DNA of 64,000 nt, from assembly GCA_964461035.1 (NCBI GenBank), contig CAYWRI010000002.1:11129-75128 (forward strand), in the 5' to 3' direction. The position numbers and the translations under genes were made by a program. Positions 8,363 to 20,900 of the stretch are shown piece by piece (the stretch's first letter is position 1; the number at the start of each line of letters is the position of its first letter). The notes under the pieces were generated by a model, which was given only the letters and a program-made list of their open reading frames with translations, was not told the DNA's origin and did no database searches. Origin of the DNA: an uncultured Methanosarcinales archaeon. GTDB lineage: Archaea > Nanobdellota > Nanobdellia > Woesearchaeales > CAYZNE01.

Positions 8363-11300
8363 TTAGTTACTACATATTCCTGTTGCGACAGTACAAATAT
8401 ATCCAAGTGAATAGCAATCCAAATCATTTCTACAATCGCAAGCAACATCCGTTCCAGTCCATCTAGGTATATTATCATAGAATAGTGGATCTCCCGTTGT
8501 GATTTGACAATTAGTTTGTTGACAAGTAGAATCACATATGTTTAATTCATGAACATAACCTATTGAGTGTTCATCACAAAAACTACTCGCACCACATCCT
8601 TCTTCGCACACTCCAGGATTAAGATTTCCTAAACCTTGTTCATGCGAAATGTCATTACAATCAACACAATCTTCTCCGCCCGGTGTTGAATCACAAGAAT
8701 AATAAATACTGCATTGATCATTACTATTACATTCACCATAACATCCAAAATCACTCGAGCCAGGATCAAAAGTTGTATTAAAAGAATAAGGTAAACAACC
8801 TATTACTCCACAACTCATTAAACAACCTTTTTCATATCTATTTGCAGGAACTGGGCCCGGAAGTTCTGTAAAACTATATCCTGGATCTTCTGTATCACAT
8901 CTAGAATCCCCATTACAATTAGAACTACAATAGCAATCAGTATCTGTAGTTTGTTGACAATTACCTGTATCAATATTTTCAGTATTTCCTCCGCAGAATG
9001 CTCGCGTACAATAAATTGCATTTCCTGGAGCAGTACCTACAGCAAAGACATTTGTTGCTAGACCATTCTTTCCTTTCATAACGTTTATATCTGTACTGTT
9101 GTAACATGCCTGGTTTCTACAAGGATAATAATGAGTTGGTAAGGGGTTATTGAATTCTTTAAATGTATCTCCAGGGTCATATATTTTACATCCAGAAGGA
9201 ACAGTTAGATCTGTAGAATCAAAATAAGCTGGGGGAGGACCAATACATTTAGCTATTTGATTTGCAGGCATATTATCATAACACTGAAAAGAATTATCAT
9301 AGTCTGCATCCGCATTTCCTTGACAAATATTTCCTCTTGTTCCGTCACAATTTCTTTTGAATGTTCTTAAAAATATATCATTTTCATAAATCACATCAGT
9401 TGTAAAGCTTGCAAAATCATTTGTGAAAACTCCTCCACCTTCTGAATCATTAATAAATCCAGTATACCATTCGTCTGTGTTTTGAAAAAAATATTTATAA
9501 GAAGAATATTCTGAAATATTAAAACATTCATTTGAACTATCTTCTATTTCACCCCAAGTTCCAGATGTATTAGAACAACAAACATGTTCTGCTTGAAAAT
9601 TATTTATAGTAGAATAAAAATGAGTAGAATACGGAAATGGAATTGGATAATTAGTACTTCTATGAGGAAGACATTGGTAAATATCGACAAATATTTCATC
9701 AATAGAATTTATACCCTGACCATATTGAATATTTCCTCCTCCAATATCAAGACCTGTTTCTAATCTTATCATCACATTTTCTCTAGAAGTTTCACCAGAA
9801 TTAAAACTTTCATTTTTAAAAAATTCAGCTATAATTGTAAATATGTTAAAAGGTGTATTCGGAAGAATTGTTATTGCATTAGTTGTTCCAGTTGTTGTGT
9901 AAGGATCAAAGTTTTCATGCCACAAAAACCAAGTATCTGAAGAAGGATTAAATGGATCATTTATAATGACATAGGAGTTTGATGCATCTAAAATATAAAC
10001 ATCTTCAACTGATGCATTTCCATCACCAATATCATCATACTCATTAGACCCATTTGCAATGGCAGAAGGAAAATCTCTAACCAAAATATTTATGTCTTGC
10101 CAATCTTCTAAACCATTGGAATCCCAAGTTGTTAATTTAACTGTGTGTAATCCTAAATCTGAAAGATTAGTTTCGTAAGTCGCATTTCTTGATGTTAAGA
10201 AAAAACTTGGTGATGTTTGCCAATAATTATGAGGGTCAGATATTTGAGGTCCTTGACAATCTAAAGCATTTCCACTTGGAGGTGGCCAACAATTAATATC
10301 AAATACAGTATAATTATCTGCTCTCCAACCTTCATATTTATATCCTAAAACATCTGAATCAGGATCATAACCCTGGGGATCAAGAACAATTGTCTTATTA
10401 TTAAATACAACCATATTGATTTCATCCGATAAATGTCTATTTATATAATCAAGAGCAGGTCTTCTGTTTTCTATTAAAAAATTAAATAGTGATGGTTTAC
10501 CTTTCAGTATTGATGCATTATCTTTAATGACAACTAAATCAATACCATTCTGAACATTTTCTATTTTATTTACACTTATTTGGTTATCAAAACATCTTGT
10601 TCCATCTCTGAGTGTGCATGGAATTTGCGAGGATCTAGATATGTTTTTATAGTCCTGAACATCAAAAAATATATCAAATGATTCATATTTAAGTATTGAA
10701 TATATTAATTCATAAATTTTAGTCATTCTCACATTTTTAAAATCTTGAAACTTTAAAATTTCAGATACTGGCTCGCCTTTTGGCCAAGTTAATATAACTG
10801 GATAATCAATTTCAACACCGATTGAATCTATTGAAAAACTCACTTTGGCTGTGACATTTCCTGTTGATATATTATAACTTCTTTGAGTTTTTAATCTTGA
10901 AATATTTACACACTCAGCCACTTTATCTTCAATATAGTATTCTAATTGACTTTGAATTGTAGTCAAATTAAAATTGTTATATATGTTATAATTTGAATGG
11001 TGATAACATTCACTAAACTGATTGCATAATTTAGGATAACTTATTTCACCATATAATCCTTCAGATCTATCTGGCTCTGGCCACCTTCTGAATCCGTTTA
11101 TCCTTTGAATAAAACTATCTGGAAGTATAATATAAGGTTCTGCTTCTTGAGGATATGCGGGAGCATTTTGAAAAGAACTAGATAAATAAGGTGGATATTG
11201 TCCTGAAGTATTAGTAATCTTGAGTCCTAAACTTATATTAACAAATTTAGACTTATTTCCTTCAGAATAAGGATTTTCTGAACTTAAAGTTATATTACTA

Positions 11301-11647
11301 ATGTTTAAATTTACATAATTTTCCCCTAAAACATAATTTACTGTAGACATTGCTCCGCCTTGATAATCATAAATAATGCCTCCTTGTAGTGTTATTTTTT
11401 CAATTGCATCCGCACTAACTTGATCAAGGCAAGCGCTTATATAATGTTCAACACTCGATGTTTCTATAAATGTGTGGAGTGCTTTTTTAGATTCTGCCTT
11501 TATTTTTAAGCTAGCAGTATCTGCAACAAGAAATATCATTAATCCAAAGACTATAATTATGACGATGCCCATAACAAAAAATATAGTCATTTGGGCAGTA
11601 TTATCTACTTTATTCCCCTTTTTTTTAATAGCCATACCAATAGCCAT
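8363..11647 (-). CDS. Giant secreted or membrane-anchored Cys-rich surface protein (1094 aa). It has an N-terminal TM/signal segment, many N-x-S/T sequons, and a C-terminal ~330 aa that is extremely Cys-rich.
   Basis: N-terminus MAIKKKGNKVDNTAQMTIFFVMGIVIIIVFGLMIFLV, dense NxS/T sequons, and dozens of Cys residues in the last third. Confidence 0.7.
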   Translation of the reverse strand: MAIGMAIKKKGNKVDNTAQMTIFFVMGIVIIIVFGLMIFLVADTASLKIKAESKKALHTFIETSSVEHYISACLDQVSADAIEKITLQGGIIYDYQGGAMSTVNYVLGENYVNLNISNITLSSENPYSEGNKSKFVNISLGLKITNTSGQYPPYLSSSFQNAPAYPQEAEPYIILPDSFIQRINGFRRWPEPDRSEGLYGEISYPKLCNQFSECYHHSNYNIYNNFNLTTIQSQLEYYIEDKVAECVNISRLKTQRSYNISTGNVTAKVSFSIDSIGVEIDYPVILTWPKGEPVSEILKFQDFKNVRMTKIYELIYSILKYESFDIFFDVQDYKNISRSSQIPCTLRDGTRCFDNQISVNKIENVQNGIDLVVIKDNASILKGKPSLFNFLIENRRPALDYINRHLSDEINMVVFNNKTIVLDPQGYDPDSDVLGYKYEGWRADNYTVFDINCWPPPSGNALDCQGPQISDPHNYWQTSPSFFLTSRNATYETNLSDLGLHTVKLTTWDSNGLEDWQDINILVRDFPSAIANGSNEYDDIGDGNASVEDVYILDASNSYVIINDPFNPSSDTWFLWHENFDPYTTTGTTNAITILPNTPFNIFTIIAEFFKNESFNSGETSRENVMIRLETGLDIGGGNIQYGQGINSIDEIFVDIYQCLPHRSTNYPIPFPYSTHFYSTINNFQAEHVCCSNTSGTWGEIEDSSNECFNISEYSSYKYFFQNTDEWYTGFINDSEGGGVFTNDFASFTTDVIYENDIFLRTFKRNCDGTRGNICQGNADADYDNSFQCYDNMPANQIAKCIGPPPAYFDSTDLTVPSGCKIYDPGDTFKEFNNPLPTHYYPCRNQACYNSTDINVMKGKNGLATNVFAVGTAPGNAIYCTRAFCGGNTENIDTGNCQQTTDTDCYCSSNCNGDSRCDTEDPGYSFTELPGPVPANRYEKGCLMSCGVIGCLPYSFNTTFDPGSSDFGCYGECNSNDQCSIYYSCDSTPGGEDCVDCNDISHEQGLGNLNPGVCEEGCGASSFCDEHSIGYVHELNICDSTCQQTNCQITTGDPLFYDNIPRWTGTDVACDCRNDLDCYSLGYICTVATGICSN

Positions 11648-11709
11648 AACTGCAATTATTACCTAAGTATATATAAAATTTTTTAAATTATACTAGTTAT
11701 TTAGGTTTT

Positions 11710-13335
11710 ATGTTTACAAAATTTAAGGTTAAAACTGGAAAAACAAAAATTAAGCATAGTATTTTTCATAAGCCAGCTCATAGTTTACAAAAAAACACTA
11801 ATTCACTTAATAAAAAAGAGAATAATTCTAAAAATCATGTTTTTATATTAATAATTGTATTATTATTCATCTTTTTACTAAAACTCTGGCTTTCATTTAG
11901 TTTAAATAGTCTAAATATTGATTCTTATTATGCATTATATCAATCTAATCAGATTCGCAAAAACGGAATCATTGATTTTCAAATTCATTATCTTGATAAT
12001 TCCGCATTACCTTTAACTGAATATATTTTAACGGCAGGATCTTTGTTTGCTGACTTAGAAATTATTGCTAAAATACTCAGTGCATTATTTGTAACTCTTC
12101 TAAGCTTTTTAGTTTATTTAATAGCAAAAGAATTAACACAAAATAAATCCATAGGATTACAGGTGTTAATATTTTCTGGATTCATACCCATATTATTTTC
12201 AGAACTAATAAATAATTATACCAAGGAAATATTTATTTTACTTTGCTATTTAATCGCAACACTTTATTTTGTTAAATCAATTTCAGACATAAAATATTCT
12301 AGACATTTCATAATATCTTTGATAATTCTTATTTTGGTAAGTCCATTATCAATGTTATTTATCTTAAACTTTATAATTTACTTTTTAATGCTTAGCACTG
12401 AAAAAATCAAAATCAGAATGAGTGAATTAGAAACATTTGTGTTTTCTCTAATTTTGGGTGGGTGGATATACATAATATTATACAAAGATGCACTCGTTGC
12501 AAGAGGTATTCTTAAATTTCTACATCCCTTAATAGAAAATACCGCTGCAATTGGAAGCATAGTTTCTATCGCTGCTTTGATAGGAATAATACCTTTTTTG
12601 CTTGGCGTAATAGGTATGTATTATGTATTAGAACAAAAATCAAGCAGAGCAAATATGTTTATAATAAGTATAATTCTTTCAATAGTTCTTTCAATGTTTG
12701 TTGGAATAGTAACTCTATCATTTGGAATAATTTTACTTGGAATATACATAGTAATAATGTCAACAGTAACCTTAAATAAATTATTCAATAGTTATTCTCT
12801 TAGTAAAATTAAAAAAACATATAAATTTCTTATAGTTATTGGGATAATTCTTTTTCTAATTACATCTGTAGTTCCTAGTATCACAGGAAGTTTAGCATCA
12901 GTAAAAAAGTCTTTATCAAACCAAGATAAATTAGCACTTCAATGGTTAGGAAAAACTACTAACGGAGAACCTTTAATAATGAGTAAAAATGAAGAAGCAT
13001 ATGCTATTTCTTTTTTTACAGAAAAACATAGTATATTATCTAGTCCCAGATTTTCAAATGATGTTGATAAGGGCTTAATAGAGTTAAATGATTTTTTTGA
13101 AATATCTTTAAATGTTGAGGCCATTCGTGTTCTTTCAATCTATGACATTGATTATGTTTTCATATCGCAAAACTTAGCAGATTCTTTAACTGAAGAAAAT
13201 ATGTTAAAATTTCAAGATCCTTGTTTTGAAAGAGTTTATGGAAAGAACGATATTCAAATATTTAAAAGACTTTGTTCATTAAAAAATGAAGAAAAATATA
13301 ATAAAGAATTATTCGAGGATAATGATGACAACTAA
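11710..13335 (+). CDS. Polytopic membrane protein (about 10 or more TM helices) with a C-terminal soluble domain. Its topology resembles GT-C glycosyltransferases (unverified).
   Basis: Alternating long hydrophobic helices along the whole protein, followed by a C-terminal hydrophilic domain of about 130 aa. Catalytic motifs were not confirmed; WWDYG is absent. Confidence 0.55.
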   Translation: MFTKFKVKTGKTKIKHSIFHKPAHSLQKNTNSLNKKENNSKNHVFILIIVLLFIFLLKLWLSFSLNSLNIDSYYALYQSNQIRKNGIIDFQIHYLDNSALPLTEYILTAGSLFADLEIIAKILSALFVTLLSFLVYLIAKELTQNKSIGLQVLIFSGFIPILFSELINNYTKEIFILLCYLIATLYFVKSISDIKYSRHFIISLIILILVSPLSMLFILNFIIYFLMLSTEKIKIRMSELETFVFSLILGGWIYIILYKDALVARGILKFLHPLIENTAAIGSIVSIAALIGIIPFLLGVIGMYYVLEQKSSRANMFIISIILSIVLSMFVGIVTLSFGIILLGIYIVIMSTVTLNKLFNSYSLSKIKKTYKFLIVIGIILFLITSVVPSITGSLASVKKSLSNQDKLALQWLGKTTNGEPLIMSKNEEAYAISFFTEKHSILSSPRFSNDVDKGLIELNDFFEISLNVEAIRVLSIYDIDYVFISQNLADSLTEENMLKFQDPCFERVYGKNDIQIFKRLCSLKNEEKYNKELFEDNDDN

Positions 13336-14737
13336 ACATTCTTTAACTACCCTGGAAAAAATTGTAAACAATAAATTGGTAATATTCATATTTTTGTTTA
13401 TTATTTTGTTTGGAACTTTTAATTTTATTCGTTTCTCTACAAATAATGCTTTTCCTGATGACCTTAGTTATGTTTTCTTGAATAATCTTAATGATTATAA
13501 AACATTTCAAGTTGAAGGTGTAAATGTTTTTTATGAAATAATTCTCGAATTAAGTTTTATTATTAATGAAAATTTGGCGGCAATAATTATTATGATGCTA
13601 GTTTGGATAATAAATATTATAATCTTTAATGATATTTGTGATAGGTTAATTAAAGACAAAACTGAACAAGTGATAATAAACATTTTATTATTATTTTCCA
13701 GTATTCTAATTGCTTCCTCAATGATATTTTCCTATTTTCCTATTATCATTACAATATTGCTTTGGATTATTAGAAGTTCAATAAAAACTCCAAAATTAAC
13801 ATTTATTCCACTTATTGCAGCTTTACTAATAAATTTTCAACTATTTATTGCGAGTTTTATTACTGCAATAATAATTTATTTATTAATGCATTTTTTTAAA
13901 CATAGTAATTTGATAGAAATTATTAAACTAAGTGATTATATTAAACTTAATATTTTTATTCCTTTATTTGCTTTTTTAGCTTCTTATTTTTTGAAAATAT
14001 CTTCTTCTGAACTCATAGTTTTCAGTGGATTTAAATCAATAACTCCTGCTTTAAGTTATGTTGTTGATTTTTCATTAGTTTACATTGCATTAGCAATTAT
14101 TTCTTTGTTCCTTGTTTTAAAAAATAAGAAAATTACATTAATAACTATTTTACTTTTTTTCATTGCAATATTTAATGTTTATGCAAGAATTTTATTTTCA
14201 TTTTTGTGCATTTTTTTAGCTTCAAAAGGGTTTGTTCATTTAATTAAAAGAAATTGGTTTGTTAAAGAACTTAAAAAACCCACAATAATGCTTGTTGTTC
14301 TCTTGATAATGTTTTATGTAATAACACAATCAGAAGAACTTGTTAATTCAGAACCAACACAACAAACAATGTCTGACATTAAAAACATAAATACTTTTAT
14401 TTCTCAAGATATGACTTCTCAAAAAATATTAATGGATAATGAAGACATAAAGTTTTTCAAATATTTTGCTAATTTAAGTATTTATTACTCTGCTGATACT
14501 GAAATAGTAAATTTTACTCTTGAGAATAGTAATTATAAAAAAATGAATGAGTTTTTTACAACTCAAAACATTTCACACATTTACATATCTGATAGGGTAT
14601 TGAATAAAAGATGGACTCGTTCTGATAAAGGAATTCTGCTTTTATTAACTCAAAGTGATAGTTTTATTCAGCACAATATAACAACAAATTCTATCTTTTA
14701 CACTTACAAAAGAAATCAGACCTTAACTTCTAATTAA
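13322..14737 (+). CDS. Second polytopic membrane protein with a C-terminal soluble domain, similar in topology to the upstream gene. The start is adjusted to the ATG at 13322, giving a 14-nt overlap.
   Basis: The MMTTKHSL start overlaps the stop of the previous gene. The protein has more than 10 hydrophobic helices and a hydrophilic C-terminus. Confidence 0.5.
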   Translation: MMTTKHSLTTLEKIVNNKLVIFIFLFIILFGTFNFIRFSTNNAFPDDLSYVFLNNLNDYKTFQVEGVNVFYEIILELSFIINENLAAIIIMMLVWIINIIIFNDICDRLIKDKTEQVIINILLLFSSILIASSMIFSYFPIIITILLWIIRSSIKTPKLTFIPLIAALLINFQLFIASFITAIIIYLLMHFFKHSNLIEIIKLSDYIKLNIFIPLFAFLASYFLKISSSELIVFSGFKSITPALSYVVDFSLVYIALAIISLFLVLKNKKITLITILLFFIAIFNVYARILFSFLCIFLASKGFVHLIKRNWFVKELKKPTIMLVVLLIMFYVITQSEELVNSEPTQQTMSDIKNINTFISQDMTSQKILMDNEDIKFFKYFANLSIYYSADTEIVNFTLENSNYKKMNEFFTTQNISHIYISDRVLNKRWTRSDKGILLLLTQSDSFIQHNITTNSIFYTYKRNQTLTSN

Positions 14738-14942
14738 GAACAGAGTTGCTGAGAATTAAGTACTGCGTTGCGAACATAGTTCTATAATTCATTTAATTTT
14801 ACTTGGAAATCTTTCATTAAAGAGGAATGTGTCCTGTAATTTGTTGTACATTATACACTCTACAAATAAAAACATATTTAAATAGTAATATCAAAAATAT
14901 ACATATCATTTAAATCATATGTATTTTGAGGGGGAGAGAAGT

Positions 14943-17900
14943 ATGAACAATAAAACACTTTTTAACATTCTAGTATCACTCATTTTTTTATTAATATTCA
15001 CATCTAATATTGTTGCAGACCCTCCGAACTATGCAAATACTCTTGAAGAGCTTTTAATTGGTGAGGATGTTTTTTGTAATACAACTTTACAAAATAGTAA
15101 TCCTGATGATTGTCATTTAGTAATTACTTGTGATGGAACAACTTTTGATAGTTTTGTACTATACACTAATTACTACTTTAATTATCTTATAACAGAACTT
15201 ACATCTACAACTCATTTTATACAAGATTGTCCTGGTGTTTTTGAATATGAGTATAATACTCCCGAATATCCTACAGGTTGCAATCCAGTTGGTTTAACTT
15301 GTGCATATGGTAATTGTATATATGAAGATGGTGAAACTTCAAACATACCCTCTGAATTTACTGATCATTGTTTTTGCGATGATGATGCACAAGCCGATTC
15401 AACCCATCCTTATTGTTGCGTTGTTGATGAATTGGGTATAGTATATGATGTTGAAACAGATTGTGGTTCAGGCATAGCTTATGATACTTATTCAATGAGT
15501 GGTTCTATTATTCCTAATCCTAGTTCTCCAATACTTTTGAATACTTCTTATTATACTAGTTTTGTTATTAGTACGAATGGACAACAAACTAATCCTGATT
15601 CCTTAGGAGCTTTTACTATTCAGAATCTTATTTCAGGAATTTATACATTATCTGCAGAATTAACTTATCCTTCAGGAACTTCTAATGTTTATTGTTTGGG
15701 TCAAGTTATTAGAACAATTTCTAATGCACCTATTATTAATGCAGACATATCTGTTACTTGTAGTCTTTTACCTGGTGGTGAACCAAGTGCATGTGATAAT
15801 GGTTGTTATGATGAGGGTTGGCAAAACTCAGGAACTTTAGATTATTGTAATGCTGAAATCTTAACAACTTTTGCTCTCATCGATGATTATTGTGTGGCTT
15901 GTCCAACATCTCAATTATGTGATGGTCAATGCACTCCAAATGATTGTGATGAAACATATCATAGATTCTGTGATGCTAATTCTATATGGCACGATTATTT
16001 TGATGAGCACACCCTTTATTGTGACGAATGTTTTGGAGATGAAATATGTGATGAAATGCCTTGTGAAGCGCCTTATAATTGTGATGGTGAAATTAATGGT
16101 TATTGTCTAACAGTTTTCGATGATCCTGATGTAGGTTCAGGTTTGTGTACTTATACACTTACTTCTGGTGATTTTTTAACAGATTATCTTTCGATTAGTA
16201 GTAATCCACTTCTAGAGCACGCTTGGTGTGATAGGGAGCATAGTGATTGGGTTTATGCAGACAGCATTGTTCCTGTCGATTTAGAAACATATTGTGCTCA
16301 TTGTTCTGGAGATTTAGAATATTGTACAGAGCCTGTTTGTGGTGATGGGCAAGTTACTGGTTTAGAAACTTGTGATTTAGGATATCCTTGGGGAAATTCT
16401 GAACTTTTTGTTCCTTGTTCAGGGGCTTTTGTTTGTGGTCAACCTCAGGGATCATTTTCTTGTCAATGTATTATTGATAGTTGTGGTACTGGAGGATACC
16501 AACCAGGATTAGAAGACTGTGAAGAAGATACAGATTGTATTAATCCCGCATTTATCTGTAATGATCAATGTGAATGTGTAATGAGTACTAGTTGTGATTT
16601 TGAAGATTTTTCAACTTTAGCAAATGTTACTTATAATGAAGTTATGTGTACAGATGACTTAATAATAGTAGTAACCTTACTTCCAGCATGCTCTGATTTA
16701 ATTGATGAAATTATAATGTTTGAAATCATTACAGGCGTTCCTTATGTGCTAGATACTCAAGAAATTACTAATCCAAACATTCTTACTTACGAATTTACTG
16801 ATACACTTCCTGCTGAAACAGAAAAACAATATCAAATAGAATTAATTAGCCATTCTGAGTTTGTAGATATTACTGCGTCTTTAACTTCCGAACCTATTGA
16901 TGCGGGCGATCCTGCTTGTGTGAATTGGAATCCTATTGAGGGAGATTGTCAGGACTTTAGATGTAATGATACTGGCACTTCTAGATTATGGTGTGGGTTT
17001 GAAAATGAATTAAGTGAAGAAGGTTGCACTGGTAATTGTATCTATAATCTTGATAGTATTGCAGTTTGTGATAATGATGCATATTCTTTAGATGCATGTC
17101 AAAGTTGTATGGGTATGGCTGGTTTATTTTACAATCCTAACACGGTTTTTTCTGGAACTAATGACTTTTGTTACTCTTTTTTCCCTCCATTCGGTGCAAA
17201 TATTGAATGTTTTTTAGATTCTTGGTTTACTATTGTTGATCAGGCAAGATCTTGCGCTGAAGTAACAAGTTGTTATGATTATAACTCAAAAGATAATTGT
17301 GTTGGTAATGATAATTATGTTGCAGATCCTTGTGGTATTTCTAATGCAGATGGTTGTGAATGGGTTAATTATAATGTTCAAACATCAAGAGGTATTTGTA
17401 GGCCAAGCAATCCTGCTTTATATGATTGTTCATCAGCAATGAATAAAAACACAAATTCATTATTTCTTTATAATCAACGTGGCGACACCACCACTAATAA
17501 TGTTTTATTGTCAAAAAGAGTTTGTGAACTTTATGGTGATTGTTTTTATACAGATATAGACAATCCTGTGCCATCTAGTGGCTTACAAGAGGGTTATAAT
17601 TGTGTAAATTATGATGGATTAAAATGTTCTTATTTTACAACGCAGAATGCTTGTGAAAATAATTCTGTTTTTGCAATAACTCATTCAACATTTTCTCCAA
17701 TTTCTTTTGCAAGCAATCTTATTAGTTCAGATCATGCTAAATGTAGTTGGACTAATAATAAATGTATTAGAGATGCAAATGATAATAATATTGATGATCA
17801 TTTGCCTAATGAGGGGTTTGATTCTAATTATCCATTAATTCCTAAATCTGAATATAATTTTATTATGTCGCCATATGCTTTAAATGAAATACAAAGAGAC

Positions 17901-20900
17901 TTTTATGCACCCGTAACCACAATAAGTTCATTACCTGAAGGTAATTTATTTGGTAAAGATGTTGTCATAAATTTTTTAAGAGAAGATAATCTTCATCCTC
18001 CTGAAAATATTCATACTTATGCTTGTCTTTATGAAGGAGAATTTGATTCTACAGGTCAAAATCTAATTCCTGATGAATGTAATCCTGCAAGTGAAGGAAA
18101 TGATTGGGACTATCTTGAAGATGGAAATTTTGAACACTTATTTGAACCCCGATCACTTTCTACTATTTTAGTTTATACTTTATATTATTTCTCAGCAGAT
18201 GAATCTAATAATTTTGAAACAATAAAAAGTGAAGTACTTCATATTAATCCAACTCTTCCTTTAATCAATGTTAGTTATTCTTATGAATCATATCCTATAA
18301 ATAATCAATACTTTAACGATTTAGCTGTAACTATATTAGTAACATCTGAGTTTCCAGCGCTTTGTCAAATACAACTTTATTCTGGGCTTGGTGAAGAAAT
18401 TTATCCTGGAGAAGGAATCAATGAACCAATATCATTTATAATTAATTCAGGGGATACAATAGATTTTCCATATTACGAATTATCTGATGGTATTTATAAT
18501 TTTCAAGTTCAATGCACTGATACTTTTTTAGGAAATTCTAATTCTGCATCAAAAGAAATGAGAATACAGGGAGATACAAGAATAAATTCTTCACCCTTTT
18601 ATGAAGTTCTTAAACAAGAATATGTTAACTTTACTGTTCAAACAGCAAATCCTGCTGAATGCTATTATTTAATTAATAATATAAAACACAATTCTGACTT
18701 CGAAACTGTTTATGATCGAGATTCCCAATCTTATAGTGTTATGAAATCTTATTTTGAATCTTCACAAGACTTATCTGATGAAAACTTTGTTGTTAAACAG
18801 TTTGATTCTTCAGAAGAACCTGAAGAAGATGGTTTATATTATCATTATGCTAACGATGTAAACTTTTCAAATCCAAGAAATGTTTCAGGAGTTTATGTTT
18901 ACAATGTTGCATGTAATATAACTATTTACGATCCAGAATTAGAACAAAATGTTTCTGAAATTGTAGAAGGAAATCCAATGCACAGGATAGTTTTTTCTCA
19001 GGATTATACTGCTCCACAAACAGCAATTAAAATGAAAGATTGGAATGATGATTCTTTTGAAGTTTATAATCTTAATTCTGTTTGGAGTCTCGGGCCAAAT
19101 GTTAGTTTTGCATGTAAAGATTTAAATTATTTTGATGATTATTTACCTCTTTGGTTAGAATATGATTCTGATCCAAGAAGAAATTATTTTGTAGAATCAA
19201 ATGTGAATCTTTCAGCAGGTTGTCTAGAACAAAGTAGTTTGAATTTTTGTAGAGTCGGCATGGGTGAAAGTCCTTGCGATCTTCAGCCAATATCGGTTCA
19301 ACCATATACTTTTCTTTTCGAAGATTATGATTGCGAAATTGTAGGATACATTACGGGTATTTGCGAAGTGGTTGGTGTTGGAGGTAATACTGGAGGTCAT
19401 TATAAGAGAGTTTGTTACAATACTATTGATGCACTTGGAAATCAAAGACCAACTTTTTGTGGTGATGTTAAAGTAGACAATGTCGCTCCAGCGTATAATA
19501 GGATAAGTAATAACGATTTTATAGTTTATATGCAACCAATGAGTGAACCACTTACAACAATCGGTCTGGGCTATTATCAGATAGAAATAATTGTTGACGA
19601 AGTTCCTGCAGATTATGATATAAGTCTTTCTATTGCATCAGAAATACTGATTGATCTTGATGAATTTTTTGATGAAGATTCAATGACTCTTTCAGCAACA
19701 TTTATTCCTCATCATTATTTTCCCGAATTATATAATATTAGTGAAAACTTAACATTTAAAATTTATTTAGAAGATGCGCATGGTGTTAGTGATACTTATT
19801 ATAAATATAATTACCTTATTAATACAACTTCTCCGCCAGTACCTCTATTTGAGCCGTTACTTAATGAATTTCATAAACTCAATTATCAAATATTAGATAT
19901 TTTAGGAAATATTTATCCCTTGTTTTATGTTCCAGAGTATTTACTTGATGCAAATGCATATTCATTAGCAAATTTTGATTTAAATGAAACTTTCTTCACT
20001 TATCTTGATGATTTAATAATTACAGGGTTTAGTAGTGCAGATAGTTTTGAACTTGTTCTTAATGACTTAGTAGATGAAAACGCTTTGAATATTCATACTA
20101 TTGATACTTTTATTGCTAATGAGCACGAGTTTATTGACGAGACTGTGCCATTATTAACTGTTCCAATTGTTAATTCTATTGATTACAATAGACAAGGAGA
20201 TATAGAAATATATCTTCCTCACAATGATAATTTAGAAGATATGGTTGGTGCAAGATTAGGTTTACCTATTGATGAAAATAATTATGATTTTGGTTTAGCA
20301 CACGCAGAACAAAAGCAAACTGCATATGGTTCATATTCAAAATTCTATACAGTGCTTAGTATTGCTGAGGATCATATTACTTTAAATGGCGTAGAAGATT
20401 TTCATGTTACAAAATACACTCTTGATGTGTCATTAGAAGAAGATTTGGAATTAGATAAGAATGTTAGTATATATTCCTCGTCTAGTTTAATAGAATCTTA
20501 TCCAAGTAATTACGTGGCTCTTCAGATGCGGGATGTTGAATATAAACAAACTTGTGATCCTAATTCTGGCGGTAATTTCTATGATCTTTCTATTCGTTCA
20601 AAATTTGGAAATGCTGCAACAACAATTGATTCAGAAAAAGTTTTTGTCGATACTGAAAGTCCAAGAGTTGCATACATAACTTTACCACAAGGAACTTATT
20701 CAGAATTAACTCCTGAAATTGGATTTAGCATTATTGAAGGGTCTTGCGGTTCAGGAATAAATATTGATGATTCAAATCTTAATATTATTATAACTGAAAC
20801 GGGTGAATTATATCGACAAATTTCATTATCAGAAATTTTAGTTGATATTTCAGAACCATTCAGTGGAATTGATGTTGCTTATAGCTTTTTATATCAGACT

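Noticed and set aside
8281-8535. Small ORFs at the 3' end of the 1094-aa gene (8281..8466 on the plus strand, 8314..8535 on the minus strand)
   Set aside because: They overlap the C-terminal coding region and stop of the large Cys-rich protein and the gap before the hydrolase gene. They have no support.
15871-19535. Small ORFs overlapping the giant adhesin gene (15871..16110, 19102..19305, 19224..19535), and similar ones inside other large genes (for example 22269..22472, 23115..23309, 24453..24641, 42041..42346, 43088..43351, 50161..50769, 55465..55677, 56468..56701, 62186..62383, 63231..63434)
   Set aside because: These are alternate-frame or antisense ORFs within strongly supported long genes. 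None has motifs or an independent RBS.
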